The notes under the pieces: generated by a model
Told to the model about the DNA's origin: nothing
Databases searched by the model: none
What the model saw: the letters and a program-made list of their open reading frames with translations, nothing else
Shown here: positions 23,151-37,142 of the stretch, in pieces
Layout of the letters: every line of letters starts with the position of its first letter
Position numbering within the stretch: the first letter of the stretch is position 1
Position numbers and translations under genes: made by a program
Source: Octopus sinensis
Taxonomy: Eukaryota
DNA length: 64,000 nt
NCBI RefSeq assembly: GCF_006345805.1
Contig: NC_042999.1
Location: forward strand, 137,640,001-137,704,000
Direction of reading: 5' to 3'

Positions 23151-26100
23151 TGTTTGCGCTCGTATATGTATATCTGTTTATGTTAACAAGTGTAAACTAG
23201 TGTGTCAAGTGGACAAGCTAAGAAATAAATATCGATACGCATAAGACAAAAATAAATACTGGGTCTGATATGGTTAACTAAAAACACTTGATGGAAATGT
23301 CCCAGCATACCCACACAAGCCAATGACTGAAACCAGAAAAAGAATATTCCAGAGCAAATATGAAAGAGGTGGTAGTTCTAGGGATTGTTAATTCGTGATA
23401 TGATCTCACAAATGTAAAGAAATGGTTGAGCACATGGTTTAGCAGTTAGGGTCTTGAGCACATGACCATAAGGTCATGAGTTTGGTTTTTAGACCAAGTA
23501 CCATTTTGTTTTTTTAATGTGTCCAGTCAACTCAGCTGAAAATAAGTATCAGCTGAGTGTTAGTACCATCTTTTCACCCTCCAGCTGTTCACATCCTGAT
23601 TGTTTAGATGGATTGAGATGAGTGGGCCAAAAGGGTGTCTGTAATGCTTGAACTACATAGGCACCTAGAATAATTAGAGAAAACATGATTAGACTATCAG
23701 ATTAAATTTGTTTTTGAGTGATGGTTAAGCTTTAGGCTTCTCACATACATATAAAATAAATATTAAAAGAAAAAAAACACTGCAAGTGTAAAACTCTAGA
23801 ATATATCTCTAAGAATCAAATTCTTACAGCTGCATAAAAAAAAAAACGAAATAATGAAGACTTTGATTGGTTCAGTGTTAGAATGAATAAGTTACAGCCC
23901 AGACAAAACCCATCCTATATAATGATGGAACACTGAAATAAAGTAAACATGAAATTTGAAGAAAAAGATTAAAAAAAACATTAATAGAATAGAAAGAGAA
24001 AACAAAATAATAGTAATAAAAGGAGTAATCACCCATGTCAGCACCCACTAATCTTGGCAATAATCTAATGGTTACTTCCTCCCCTTTCTTGATTTGTGAA
24101 GGATTAATCTAAAGAAGAGCAGTATAAGTACCTAAATCTCTTTTAGGGACATCCAGACTGGAGTGTACAGTTAAGTGTCATATTAGTACAGTTTACAATT
24201 CTATGTAAATTGTTTAATGAAAATATTAAAATAACTGCAGAGAAAATTAAATCAGGGGTTGAGGAATATAGTTCTGATTAAAAAATGAAGATAATCCCAT
24301 CAAGAGTCTCAGGAAACTATTAGAATACATTGGCATGTCTTCATAAAGAAACAGCAAAAAATGAAGTGTTTTTGAGTGCCCTGAAGAGTAGAAATATCTG
24401 GGTATATTTATTTTGATGAGAAGAGCCTTACCCAGATCATTATATTTTCTTATTTTCACATTACACCAATACATTTCACCTCATTGCTTTTCATTGGGCA
24501 AGGAAGATTTAAGTAGCTTCAAGATTATAGTTGAAATGACAGGATGAGAAAATGTGGGCATATTTGAGTGAGTGTAAAAGGTAACATAAAATCAATAAGT
24601 TCAGATGAGCTGAAACAATTGTAGTAGCAGTCAGGGATCACTGCAATAACAGAAAGAAACCATTGACTGTAGAGAATTTCAGAGTATAGAATGTAATGTA
24701 CTCTGCATTTTCAATAAAGTAAACTGTTTGAAATATATATTTACTCCCTTCAAGGTAATACCATATCTCTACAACACTGACTCTTACCAATGCAACACTA
24801 ATCTTAAAATTTTAGTGATTATTAGAGGTGTCTTTAGTGTCGCTCATATTGTGATAAGAGAAAAAAGTGGAAATTGTCTTTATGAATGGTAAGGCTTCAT
24901 GAGTATATATGTCAATACTAAATCAATTTTATCAACAGTCAATCAAAGCAAAATAATAATGAAGATGAAAGAAAGCAACTTTTCCTCTTCTTGTTATTAA
25001 ATGGGTGCAAAAACTGTCATGTTGACGTTAGGTTTGGTTCGTTACTGGATTTAAGTAATCTATTTCTATATTTAGTTTGATAATTGCTATCATTTATATA
25101 TTATATTTATTTTGAACATTGGAATAAATCTATAAATTATTAAAACCAGGGATAAAGTCAATCAAATACACTCTTTACTTTATCAGTCTTACAAAGATGA
25201 AAGACAAAGTTACTGAACTCAGAATATAGAGTAACAAAATTACTGTTTATTTCTTGTTACATGACAAAGTTTATAATTTATATACTCTATTAAACACTGA
25301 ATATCTTCTCACATAAGAGAATTTAAAATTGAACGTATAAACTACCAAGCTATTTATCAATTTCCTGTTAATTTAGTGTTCCTCTTAATGAGTCCTTTCT
25401 TTCTCCTTGATAGGATGCTAGACTATTACAAGTATAACTTTTTCTGTGAGAGAAACTGAATTCAGTACTACAAGACAACACTGCAAGTTCTGGTGTTATT
25501 CTGCTCATGCAGTCTATTCTCACAACCAGATAGATTCAGTTACTGGGAGCTAAGTTACTGTTCAATTCCAGGTCAATACTGATTGTACAGATTATGGACA
25601 AAGGCATTCTAGTCATGACCATCCCATCATTTAATTGAACAAAATGTAATTAGAACTGCAGTGGATCTTCTTTTTAAGTGTGTGATATGAAAGAGATTTG
25701 GCTGCTAATTTTCATTATCAAGCAATTATGTAGAGGTTTCCTTAAATTTGACACAATCTAGGTAACAAAATATAGACCACTTACCTATTAGTTAATAGTA
25801 TTGCATGAATTTGACTATCTGTAGCTTTCCATACACTGTTAGTTCAGTATTTTATCTACTTGGTGTTTTGTTATTAAAATGATCGATATAAACAGTTAAA
25901 GAGATTTTTTTAATGAATTAACAGCTAATATTTTACTAAAACTGATATTAGACATTATGAATCCCAACTTGAAACAAAAAAAAAAAAAAACAATGGGAAT
26001 CATGTATCATCTTATTGGACAATCACATTATCACACTACAGAATATCTACCTTTTTCTCAAATTAGTTACTGTATTATGATTTCTTTTGCCATTTTAATA

Positions 26101-27702
26101 ATCATTTTACCTGGAAAAGTATCTTATTTATTTAACAAATAGTTCCTTGTTTATAATACTTATTTGAAAGGAAGAGAATAACAGCCACCCTTTTATATAA
26201 ACTGATAATGTCATTTATCACTTGACAAGCAAAAGAAATGTAGTTCAAGTCCCAGTTGTTGTTTTTATATCTCAACCTGGTAATTATAATGTTAATATCA
26301 TTTAAATCTACCAACTCCAACTTAACATATAATAATACTTGTCTTTGTTACTGTAGTTATTAAAAAAAAATTACACAAAATATCATAAATGTAATAATTT
26401 AATATTCAACAATTTATTATTTTTTTTTTGCTATTAAGTGAAATTTATAAAATCATGTTCATATTGATTTTAATATAAAAGCTTAAAATTTCAATATATT
26501 TGACAGTATTATTTCTCTATAGCCTTTAATTTATTAAGTATTTTGATAAAATGTTCGACAATTTATACATATATTGATGTGAGCAACTACTACTTTGCTA
26601 GTAATCATATATTCCACTAAAACCTAAAATACCATCAATGCTTTTTTTATGAAAAAGGATTTCTTTTGTAAAGTTGCTGGCTTTATACCTAATAATTATC
26701 TTAAGTGATCGCTTCACAAAAGGTAACCAAACAAAATGAAGATAGTGTTCTTTCATATTTGTTACTTTATAGAGAATCAATTTAGTGTTGCCAATTTGTA
26801 TTTCAATATAACTTAACAGATTTCAAAACACCTTTTTAAAATCAATAAACAATTTTTAAAGCCTTTTAATATTGTTTATATGTGTAAAAAAAATTTCTTT
26901 TAAATAAAAACTTGTGATAAAAAAAGTGATAAGGTACCTGTCCCAGATTTATGAATTCAGGTTTGAAATTTTGTACTTTTGTTTTATTTATATGTTTTAT
27001 CTTAATTAGATTATGTGATTTTAATAAATCATAAATGGGCATGTAATCAATACTGGTCTTTTACAAGTAGAGTTAATCTTGATATGAATCTTAACAATCC
27101 ATAGATTGTGTTCTTAAGTTTTTAGTAAATCAGAAATACATTTCTCCTTTGATAGGACAGTAATATCCATCAACTGTGCAACTCTTTTGTTGGTTGGTTA
27201 TAGATGTTAGCTGTATCTCCAGTGCTGAATATTAAGTGTTTAATAATAGAGTCATTGTGATTTAAATATATTTTGCATGGTTAGTCTAAAGCCAGTGATG
27301 GAATATGAACCATTGACCCTTTGAGTGATAGGCTGATTTGAGTGCTAAAAAAAAGCACCCTGTATAGTTTGTAAAGTGGATGACATCAGGAAGGGTGTCC
27401 AGCTGTAGAAACCATGCCAAAACAGACACTGGTCCTCCATCACTTTGGATCCTGTCAAACCAATCAATCCATGCCAGTATGGAAAATAGATGTTAATTGT
27501 TTTGATTATATGAGGTGGCTATTATGACTGTATTTGTGATAACCACCTTTAAGCAAACAAACAATGGTTTCTCTACACTTGCTACTAAGACAAACTTTAC
27601 AAAACATGTTTGATATTGCATTATAGCGAGACACAAGCATTGAATGAAGAAGCTATGTAGAGGCTGAACAAAGTGAGTTGAATAGATATTACATATGTAA
27701 TA

Positions 27703-27918
27703 CTGGTTTCAAATTTTGGCACAAGGCCAACAATTCTGGGAGAGGGGCAAGTTGATTACATTGACACCAGCACTCAACTAGTACTTATTTTATTGACCAC
27801 CAAAATGATGAAAGGCAAAGGAGCCTGACAGCATTTGAACTCAGAACATAAAAATGGATAAAATGTTGCTAAGCATTTTGCCAGGTGCAGTAACAATTCC
27901 ACCAGCTTGCTACCTTTA
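27703..27918 (-). mobile_element. SINE, older copy
   Basis: GGCACAAGGCC..TACTTATTTTATTGACC..ATGATGAAAGGCAAAG..ATTTGAACTCAGAAC..CTAAGCATTT is the reverse-orientation homolog of the adjacent plus-strand copy. Confidence 0.75.
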
Positions 27919-27920
27919 CC

Positions 27921-28139
27921 TGGCAGAAACATTAGCATGCTGGGCGAAATGCTTAGCGGTATTTCGTCTGCCGTTACGTTCTGAGTTCAAATTCCACTGA
28001 GGTCGACTTCGCCTTTCATCCTTTCAGGGTCGATAAATTAAGTACCAGTTACGCACTGGGGTCGATGTAATCGACTTAATCCGTTTGTCTGTCCTTGTTT
28101 GTCCCCTCTATGTTTAGCCCCTTGTGGGTAGTAAAGAAA
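27921..28139 (+). mobile_element. SINE, younger copy
   Basis: TGGCAGAAACATTAGCATGCTGGGCGAAATGCTTAGCGGTATTTCG..CTGAGTTCAAATTCC..GTCGACTTCGCCTTTCATCC..GGGGTCGATGTAATCGAC; many CpGs are retained. Confidence 0.85.
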
Positions 28140-28699
28140 CAAATATTAACATGTATGAGAGTGAAGTGAGAAAATGCCTGTACATAAGAAGCATTAAGTC
28201 AATTTATATAGAAGAAATGACTGTACTGATATGGATATGTGATAAGAAGAATGGCTGATAAAGTAGAGTGTACTGAGTGGAAAATAACAATCATAACAAG
28301 CAAGTAATGTGAGTTCTGGTCTAATCTCAACTCTAATATCTTCTAAATCAAATCATAGTGGGAGTGAGCCATAGGACAGGATGCTCATACAAGATTTGCT
28401 TTGATGTTCTTATAATCTACTAACCAAACATCTGTACTTTGGCTGAGTGACTTCTGATCCTGTCTAACTGCTCCTAACAGACTCTATGTGGTATATGCAT
28501 AATGCATATAAAAGCTATTCAGGACCCATATTTATTTCCTATATGATGACCAAAACTCAATCTCTGCTGAAATCAATATTGGTCATCAGTAACATTGCAT
28601 TTCTGTTGCACATAATTCATTTCAGGAGTGGCATTGTTGTTTATAGCAAATATAAAATATATGAAGGTGCATCCTGTTCTTAGAAACTGACCAAGATTA

Positions 28700-29040
28700 C
28701 TATATCACTATTGTTCTACTATTCTAAGACCTCTTTAGTCATGAATGACCATGGTATTGCACCTAGTAAATTCCAAGCACAAGTCTGGGCAAGGTTGTTT
28801 ATGGAAGACCAGCATACCAGCCTGCCTCCCTTCTCCATGCCACTAATGTTATCGAAGGTAAAGGGCAATATAGCTTGGTACCAGTGATGTCACAACTCAT
28901 TTCTACAGCTGAGTGAAAACTGGAGCATCATGAAATAAAGTGTCTTGCTCAAGAACACAAAAAGTAGCCCAGTCCAGGAATCAAACTCACTACCTCATGA
29001 TTGTGAACCCAACACTCTAACCACTGAGTGATATGCCTTC
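28700..29040 (-). mobile_element. tRNA-derived SINE
   Basis: The minus-strand head GGCATATCACTCAGTGGTTAGAGTGTTGG..GTGAGTTTGATTCCTGGAC is A/B-box-like, and the body is shared with the copy at 8910-9170. Confidence 0.7.
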
Positions 29041-30911
29041 ATATTGCCCTGTCGTAATCAACAGTAATATTGTTGTCATTTCCTTCCACAGATAAAAACA
29101 TTTCTTCAGACGTATTTCCCATAATGCATATTCCTATCTACACAGAAATGGTTATACATGCACACAGAGTGTTGTTGCATCCAAAGTAACACATGCATAT
29201 TTGGTATATAGTTTATTTTAAATTATTAAGTTCAAATTAGTTTCAGGCTGGTTGTATTAATTTCTATCATTGTTGCTAACAAGTTCTTGTTTGGAAACAA
29301 TTTCAATCAGTATTTCATGAAGAGGAAAAAAATTAGTCTGAGGAAACTATTGATATAGCTTGCATTGACAGAAATGTCAAAGTTTATTTGAAGTATCTTT
29401 AATGAAATGGCAAGTACTAATTGCTTTAATATCATTAAATGAAACCCTTTGAGCATAATTAGAGATGATCACCTGGTTACTTGTCAATTATTCAATTATT
29501 TTTAACAATATTGACCTTTTTATTATAATGGCTACCAGGACTTCAAGACAAAAGAACAGCTGGAAAGATATTGCCACTCTGAGAAGTAAATATATTATAT
29601 TTTTGTCTCATCTAATTCAAGCTCATAAAAGATGTATAGCTTGCATTTCAATTGAGAAAATCCCAGCAATTTAACCAGGCCACAAAATAAGTTTGAATGC
29701 TGATACAGCAGCAGCTCATTGTTTTCTCTTGTCATAGTGAATAAACTATTCACCCTAAACATGCTTCAGATCCTGGTGACAAAATACAGCAATAATAGTG
29801 GTCAGGAGGGAAAGGAGAATGAAGGAGATATTGCTGATAGTTGATTAAAAAAATGTTCCATTTCAAACAAAAGAGTCAATAATATTAAGACTGGAAATGG
29901 CAGGTGAGAATTTTCTCACATTCAGAAAAACTTTTTTACTAAGTTCCACTAGCTGCCACAATTAAAGAAAATCAAATATAATATGGTCAAGTAGAATTTA
30001 AGATTGCAGCTGAGTAGTAAAAGTTGGAGACGAAGCTAGGAGGTGGGTAGAAGAATGGACTAGGTGGTTTGATGATAAATTAAACTCTAAAAATAATTAT
30101 TTATTTTTAGAGTTTAGAGTACAATTATCAAATTAAATTAATCATTATTGACAGTGTTGCTGTTTTTGTCATAGTAGTTTTCAGTTTGGATATCTGTTAC
30201 TTTTGATTTTTATTTCTTCCTATATCAAAATCATTTTCATCATTTTGAAAAATAATTTCTCAATATGAAAGAAACTCTTTTACTGAATCAACTCACTTGA
30301 CACAAATATATAAAACTTCTTTTATTGATTCCATAAGGCTGACATCTAAAGTTCACCTCAAAAGGAGTATTTTTAAAGCTAGTTAGAGTACCCATTTCTT
30401 TTCTAGGCTCTCCTAGGTGGTTGATGTCAATGCAGTTGAAGTTAAATCTGAAGATCAAACATCAAAAGTTTCCATCAACCAAACTCACTCACAAGGCATT
30501 GGTCAGTCAGGGCCATAGCACAAGACACTTGCTCACACAAAAGGACTGGAGCTGAATGGTGGAGTAAACAGTTAGCTTAGATGAGCAAAAACCATTGAAA
30601 TTAGTACACATGGTTGTGAAGTGAGGTTCTTCACCACACAGACATATCTTCTAAAAAATTCTTTCATGTGTCTTAGAATTTTACACATTGGTTTCACAGA
30701 GACCTATATCAGAAAGGTATCAACATTTAACGTGTCTCTTTATTAAAATAACATAATTTTCTTCAAATAACAATTTTGTTTGAAATTGTTTTCAACTGAA
30801 ATAATCAACTAATGAAACATATTTAAAATGTTTAAATTTAAGAAAAAATTCATTTTAATTTAAATTTATGCAATCATTATAAGAGACATATATTTATGCA
30901 ATGCCCAGATA

Positions 30912-31359
30912 CAAGGGGGTACTCAAAAGAAACCAGAATTTTGCAATGTTACTTTATTCACTTAATTTTACATGTTTATACTTTTATTGCCTTCAAAGTA
31001 TTCTCCTTTTAAAGCAATGCATTGGGCTTCAAGCAACAAGTAACCATTCTTAGTGTGAAAACCACTCATAAACATGTGTTTTGCTCATGGCAGTGTCTTC
31101 GTAAGCTGTTTGAAGCATGACAACTGTTTCGGCCACCATTTTCCACAGCAGAAAACAGAATTTCATAGAGGTATGCTGTTCCTTCGTTTCAGCCATCGCA
31201 AAATTAATGAACAAGGGGGCAGTATAACTACAGAAGATGCCACCGGTTAGCAGGATAATGCCTAAGGGCCGTGTCAAGTGGCTTCTAGTGGCAGAAGCCT
31301 GAACTACAATGGACTTGTCCCACAGAGAACATTTCCAGTTACTTTTGGATACTTACTTG
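30912..31359 (-). mobile_element. Mariner internal-deletion derivative (MITE-like), TA TSD
   Basis: The N-terminus MAETKEQHTSMKFCFLLWKMVAETVVMLQTAYEDTAMSKTHVYEWFS is fused to the C-terminal CIALKGEYFEG. TIRs are imperfect (CAAGGGGGTACTCAAAAGAAACCAGAA / reverse complement CAAGTAAGTATCCAAAAGTAACTGGAA), with TA on both sides. Confidence 0.85.
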
Positions 31360-31499
31360 TATATGATAGATTTATTAATTTTCTACAATAATTTCGTTTC
31401 TGATTAATAAACAGTTTCTTTTCATTAGATACAAAGCGATATTTTTGTAGTAAAAAGGTATAACAGACTGAATTAACTTCAATATATTACTGAAATTTA

Positions 31500-32400
31500 T
31501 TTTATTCATCATTATTATCCTCATCAAATGACATGTTTTCCATGCTGGCATGGGTTGAACATTTTTACAGAAGCTAGCAAGCCAGAGGGCTGCACCAGAC
31601 TCTAATTATGTTTTAGTATGGTTTCTATGGCTGGATGCTCTTCCTAATGCCAACCACTTTATAGTATACTGGGTTCTTTTTATATGGCATCAGCACAGGT
31701 GATTTTTATGTAGCCCCAGCACAAGTGCTTTTTACATGGAACCAGAACAGGTGCTTTTTACATAGACCAAGCACAGGCGCTTTTTATATAGCCTCAGTAC
31801 AGGTGCTTTTTATGTGAGACCAACACAGGTGTTTTTTAAGTGGCACCAGCACCAGCAGGTCGCCAAGTAGCTTGCAAGACAAAGAACCCCTCAACTGAAA
31901 GAGAGAGTGGAACCAAGGGAAGTGGCTGTGTGCCAGGCAGGAGGATTACAGAATAGTAGAGGGAAAGAGATAGCTAGCTTAGTATTGGCTACCCCAGTGG
32001 ATCAAGGAAGGAGAGGAAGGTGAGAAAGAGTTAGAGAGAAAGACAGAGAGACTGTCAGAGTGAGAGAGAGAGAAATAGATGGTGTTGGAGATGTATGGGG
32101 GGCTACTCACAAGGAACAGTGGAGAGGGTACAAGAAGTACAGAGGAGATAGAGAGGGATGTTCCATAAGAGTGTGAAGTGAAATGTTTAGAGATGGGGAA
32201 AACATGACTATAGCAAATGATGGTGAGGGAAATGGAGTGGCTGGGTGGTAGATGTGTGAGTGGTGCATGCAGGCTTCATTTCTTTCAAGCCTTCACATGT
32301 CCTCTGCAGTTACAGCCTATGTTTCACTGCCATGTGGCATAGCTGTTCATACACAGTAATCATACAATCTGCTTTTCACTTTGAGGGAGAGGCCCTTTTT
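31500..32400 (-). mobile_element. Old RTE fragment with long purine/pyrimidine-skewed 3' region
   Basis: RTE tail at about 31510-31700, repeated GGTGCTTTTTA(C/T) modules, and RTE C-terminal coding remnant at 32280-32400 (GAGAGGCCC, ATGTGGCATAGCTGTTC). Confidence 0.7.
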
Positions 32401-32609
32401 ACCTTTGTTCCTACAAAAAATTAAAAACAAATTTGACACTCCTGCAATTTGAACTGGAAACATAGAAAGATATCAAATACTGTAAGACATTAATGTCCAG
32501 CACTCAATGTTTCTGCCAACATATTGTCTTATATAGACAAATAACAATACTGATACTTATAATAGTTGCAATGTTAAGTAAAGCCTTTCCCCAAATTCAT
32601 TAACAATCA

Positions 32610-32987
32610 TGGCACTCCGTCGATTACAACAACAAGGCTTCCAGTTGATCTGATCAATGGAACAGCCTGCTTGTCAAATTAATGTGCAAGTGGCTGAGTA
32701 CTCCACAGACGTGTACTGTTAACGTAATTCTCGGGGAGATTCAGCGTGACACAGAGTGTGACAAGGTTGGCCCTTTGAAATACAGGTACAACAGAAACAG
32801 GAAGAAAGAGTGAGAGAAAGTTGTGGTGAAAGAGTACAGCAAGGTTCACCACCACCCGCTGCTGGAGCCTTGTGGAACTTTATATGTTTTTGCTCAATAA
32901 ACACTTACAACGCCAGGTCTGGGAATCAAAACCGTGATCCTACAACCGTGTGTCCGCTGCCCTAACCACTGAGCCATTGTGCCTCCA
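32610..32987 (-). mobile_element. tRNA-derived SINE, near full length
   Basis: The minus-strand head GTGGAGGCACAATGGCTCAGTGGTTAGGGCAGCGGAC..GGTTTTGATTCCCAGACC has clear A box (TGGCTCAGTGG) and B box (GGTTTTGATTCC). Confidence 0.85.
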
Positions 32988-33719
32988 CTCATTAACAATA
33001 TAATAAAATTGAACTAAGAAGAAACTGAAATAAATTCACTGATTGACCTGCTACAAGCTTCATTTCTGTACATAACTTGCCTTGAATAAACAAAAATTGG
33101 TTAAAATGCAGCTGAACATAATATAATCTGCTTGATACTTGTCATATGAGAAGAATCATGAGGCTAGAATTTCTATGAGAAGGCTTGTCTGCTCCGTCTT
33201 AGTGATTACTAAACTTTATATCCAGTATTTAGCAAAACTGGAGAAATGTTTAATAGTTTTAGGAGAACTGGAAAAATGTTTAATAGGTTTAATGTATATA
33301 ACAAGAATTTCATGCTCAATAAATATAATTGGAAAAAAATATATCACAAATATCCTTTTCAGTGTAAGTCTCCCTTTTATAGTAAATTTAATAGGATGAA
33401 ATGCTTGAGTAGATAGTGTTGTATTACCAATCCAGTATTCATACGTTTAGATCATCTGTAGACATTTTATTGTCTCTAAGCAGTGCAAATTAATATAGAA
33501 TTATTAAGGCACAAAGTCCTTAAATTTAGGACAACCAATTTGTGACCACAACCTTCATCACATTTACATTGTTTTGAAATTATTATTATATATTTATCGA
33601 CTTGGTTTAAGTAAATCACCCTTCACTCCCACTTCCCATTCTGCATCATATATATGCAACCAAGAAATTTTATATAAGACCTGAACAAACTTCATGAATA
33701 AATATTATGAAAACAACTT

Positions 33720-34450
33720 TTAAAAGAAACATGACCACCTGGTATCTTCCAATAGCATAAAAGTACAATTACTACACACATCAAAGATCTGTGATGAAAT
33801 CACTGAGTCATTAATTGTGACACCACAGAAGTCTTTTGTTTTTATACAGTGTAACCAGACCAAATGAACTTAGGAGAACCCATCAAGTCTTGTAGCATAC
33901 ACACCCTATGTATGAACAATTAAAATCCCTCAAATACTAGCCCTTATAATCTCTGATGATCTATCATGTATATCACAATGATGAAACAGCACAGAAATGA
34001 TTTGGCTTCTTCTGTAGGGTCAGAAAACACTTCTATCTTGATCATAACCTGACTTTCTACAAAGTATAGGTTCCCCATTAGAGTGTTACAATAATATATA
34101 GAAAAGTAATACTACAGCATCTAAGCAAACATTCTAGACCTCATTCGAAAGAAGGTTCTTCAGATAACTGGCAACAATTTGCAGACTAACAGATTACAAC
34201 CACTGGCTAACAAATGCACTGCTTCTTCAACTACTACAATGGCCTCTGTAACTCTCCTCTAAACTAGTAAGATACATACTAATTCCACCTTGTTCTCATT
34301 TCCCTCCTCTTCTCATAGTCACTACTGAACACTCCTACTTACATTGCACTAAACATTTTGCCTGATCATTCCTCCTCAGAACTATAGCCCTCTGGAATCC
34401 CTCTAACACATATTTTTTCCTATAGATATCAGACTACAAATGTAAGTTTA
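33720..34450 (+). mobile_element. CR1/Jockey-group LINE 3' fragment
   Basis: KVLQITGNNLQTNRLQPLANKCTASS / CFFNYYNGLCNS / TIALWN match the usual CR1-type C-terminus (RAIRLIG..LQPLSHRR..SLCLFYRYYNG..RT..LWNSLP), with frameshifts. Confidence 0.65.
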
Positions 34451-35949
34451 CATAGGTTCTGCCATGTTGACAGCCATATAGGCAATGACCTCAAATGTTC
34501 AAACTGGACATTACCTACACTAATCTCACTAGTTTAGAGAGTCCTTAATTACTTCATTAGGTATATTCTCTATGCTAGTAAATCTCATAAAATTAAAGCT
34601 GTTATACACATATATCCACTTAGCAAGCCTCTGCTTTGGTTTTTCTCAAAGCCTTGAAATATATATGAACAAAATGTACAATCAAAGAGACACATCCTCT
34701 GGACAGCCACACTTCACTTCACACAACCAGCTATAGTCATGGAGTATATACTGTAGTCTCGTAACAAACTGAAGCATGTCAGCCTACTGTGCCGAACCTA
34801 TGCATTGTTCCCAGGCATTTTACAGCCTCTGTGCTAAAGGTATTCCCAATAAGAGCAAACAAAACATCATCATTTGTCTCCACCATTGTGATCTATATGC
34901 ACTATCTATGGATATTGCCTATAAATAAAAAAAGAAACATTTAAAAAAAATATCAAGTCTTATTTAAAAATTTAGATGACAGTTCAAAAGATTCAATCAC
35001 TGACAAAATGGAAACAAAAACCAAAACACCAAAAGTTAGTGTTTTAAAGATTTCCGTTTCATGTTACACAATTCTGTTATATCTGATTTATTCTATTAAT
35101 AACTACATCTGGTTAGATTTAGTTTGTGCAATTCTCTCATCACATTTAGATAAGAATTGTAAACTCTCACCCTATATCTGAGTAATTTCTTAGATGAAAT
35201 GATAATTATTTATTGCTTACACCCACACAATTGCTTTAAGTGTCATTTATGTTACTTGCCCAGATGAAAAGGAAGTCGATAAAATTTTAAAAAACAAGAA
35301 GCTGAAGATGTAGGAAAATAAGATAAAGGTTTTGGTGATATAACCTAGATATAATTGAACTGAACTGAGACTGAAATGAAAGTATATAAATGCAAATGTT
35401 TTTGAAAAGATTTTATCTTCAATCTGCTTCAAGAATCTCTTACAATTCAAATTTCCTAGAAAATATTACACAAGGGAAGTAGTTTATGTTAACAAATTAA
35501 CAAATAATTGTCTTGTAGTAGAGATAATAAATCACAATTCACTTCCATGTATATGCACTCAACGAGAAATATTAACAAAAACTTTTGTGGTAAACAAGTT
35601 TATAATATTACAGAAGGTTTTCTAGTAAGTTCTTATTTATCATTGTTGTGATGATAATGATGATAATAACATTTATGGTTGAAAGCTTCAGCTGCTTACT
35701 AATCTAAAGGTGGTGTCATAGTACTGTTTCATCACACAAGATATTAAAAACAAGTTAACAAATTAATATCCAGACACAATAAAGCGAAATGTTTTAAATT
35801 TAATTTCTAAGTCTGACAGTGCAAGCTTTTGTGCTTAATCAAACAATAATCTACTTTTTGCTTTTAAGTTATACACTAAATAATGTGCTTGTGTTTCTCT
35901 GTGTGCATGTGGAGGGTCAGAGAAAGGGGTGCAGTGCAAAAGCATAACA

Positions 35950-36240
35950 ATGACTGGATGAAATTAGTACAACAGTAATCATGATCTTTGCAAGTTCTTC
36001 CAGACTGGTGAAATTGGTGCAGTTGATGTTCAACTTGAACATTCATTGGTCAATGTCTATAGAACACTTTCCAAGGATCTAGAGATGAAGTATTGAGAAG
36101 AGTGTTTAGTACAGGGTCTGGGGAGATGAAACAAATAAGGATGACAGGAAGAGTAAAGATGTGTGTGACAAGTGGAGCTGAATGGTGGGGTAAACAGTTA
36201 GTTTAGATGAGCAAAAACCATTGAAAAGATAACAGAAGCA
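35950..36240 (-). mobile_element. CR1/Jockey-group LINE 3' end
   Basis: Minus-strand FNGFCSSKLT and a downstream MFKLNIN remnant correspond to the YNGxCSSEL..FKxNVN C-terminal motif. Confidence 0.55.
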
Positions 36241-37142
36241 GAGAAAAGAAAGAGTATGTAAATAAACTGATAACAAAAACTAGTTGGTGATTGAAACTTT
36301 GCAAATTATTTGAATAAATTTTATGTTTGTAGCTGCAGTACCATCTCACAGATGTAAGGAGTACTCCAATGTTGATTTTACTTGAGCTTTGAAGAGAATC
36401 AGCAACTGATCAGACTAAAGTAGATCTGTCCCTAAAAGACATCATAGCCTTTGCAAATGCAGTTTTTGCAATATTTATATATATGTGAGAACAATATGAG
36501 ATCATTTAAAATTGTGAGGCCTAGAAGAAGTAATGACTCCAAGCATTTTTAATGTGTTAGGCATGAATAAAGATTATGATGTATAGAGTAGTTTTCTTGA
36601 TATATGTACAATTTAGTCTGTGGTCATAAGGTTATGATGCTCTCATCGGAAAACATCATAACTTTACTGTCATTTTTTATATTTAGTGATTCCATGTGTG
36701 CCTGACATGAGGTGTTATGGTTGCTTGTGTTTGATATCTAAGTACAACAAAGTGAAAGATTAGAGAAGCAAAGTATCATCTCTAAAGGAATGTGTGTTAT
36801 TAGAATAGCCAGTAGGTTCTTGATATACAGAAGGAAGAATATAAGAAACATTACTAAACATTGAGAGAGATTAAACTTAATAGACAGATTGTGTATTAAA
36901 GAGATGTCTGTTAGCATATACTACAATAGCACAGTCTGAGTAGAAAATATCCAAATCCAGAAAGAAAAATCCTCTTTAAACAATGCTAATTCTCAAGTGA
37001 ATTATACTAAAAGTTTATGTATACCTATACCAACTATACAAAAAAAAAAGTTTCTTTTGTCAGTTAAAAAAGAGAATATGAATAAACTATGAACTGAGAT
37101 GTCAAGAATCAACAAAAACTATAAAAAGATTTGGATAAAATA

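Noticed and set aside
22885-23200. ORFs such as [11 protein letters not shown].. (also at 19106, 40263, 54782, 60958)
   Set aside because: These are translations of (TA)n/(CA)n microsatellites.
24247-24474. ORF MYWCNVKIRK.. with a good donor at about 24432
   Set aside because: The acceptor is poor, there is an upstream in-frame stop, and a phase-1 exon cannot sit in the phase-2 intron.
35247-35457. Minus-strand frame after an atattttctag acceptor like that of the WSC exon
   Set aside because: F/I/L/S-rich composition typical of AT-rich non-coding DNA, wrong phase for this intron, and a weak donor.
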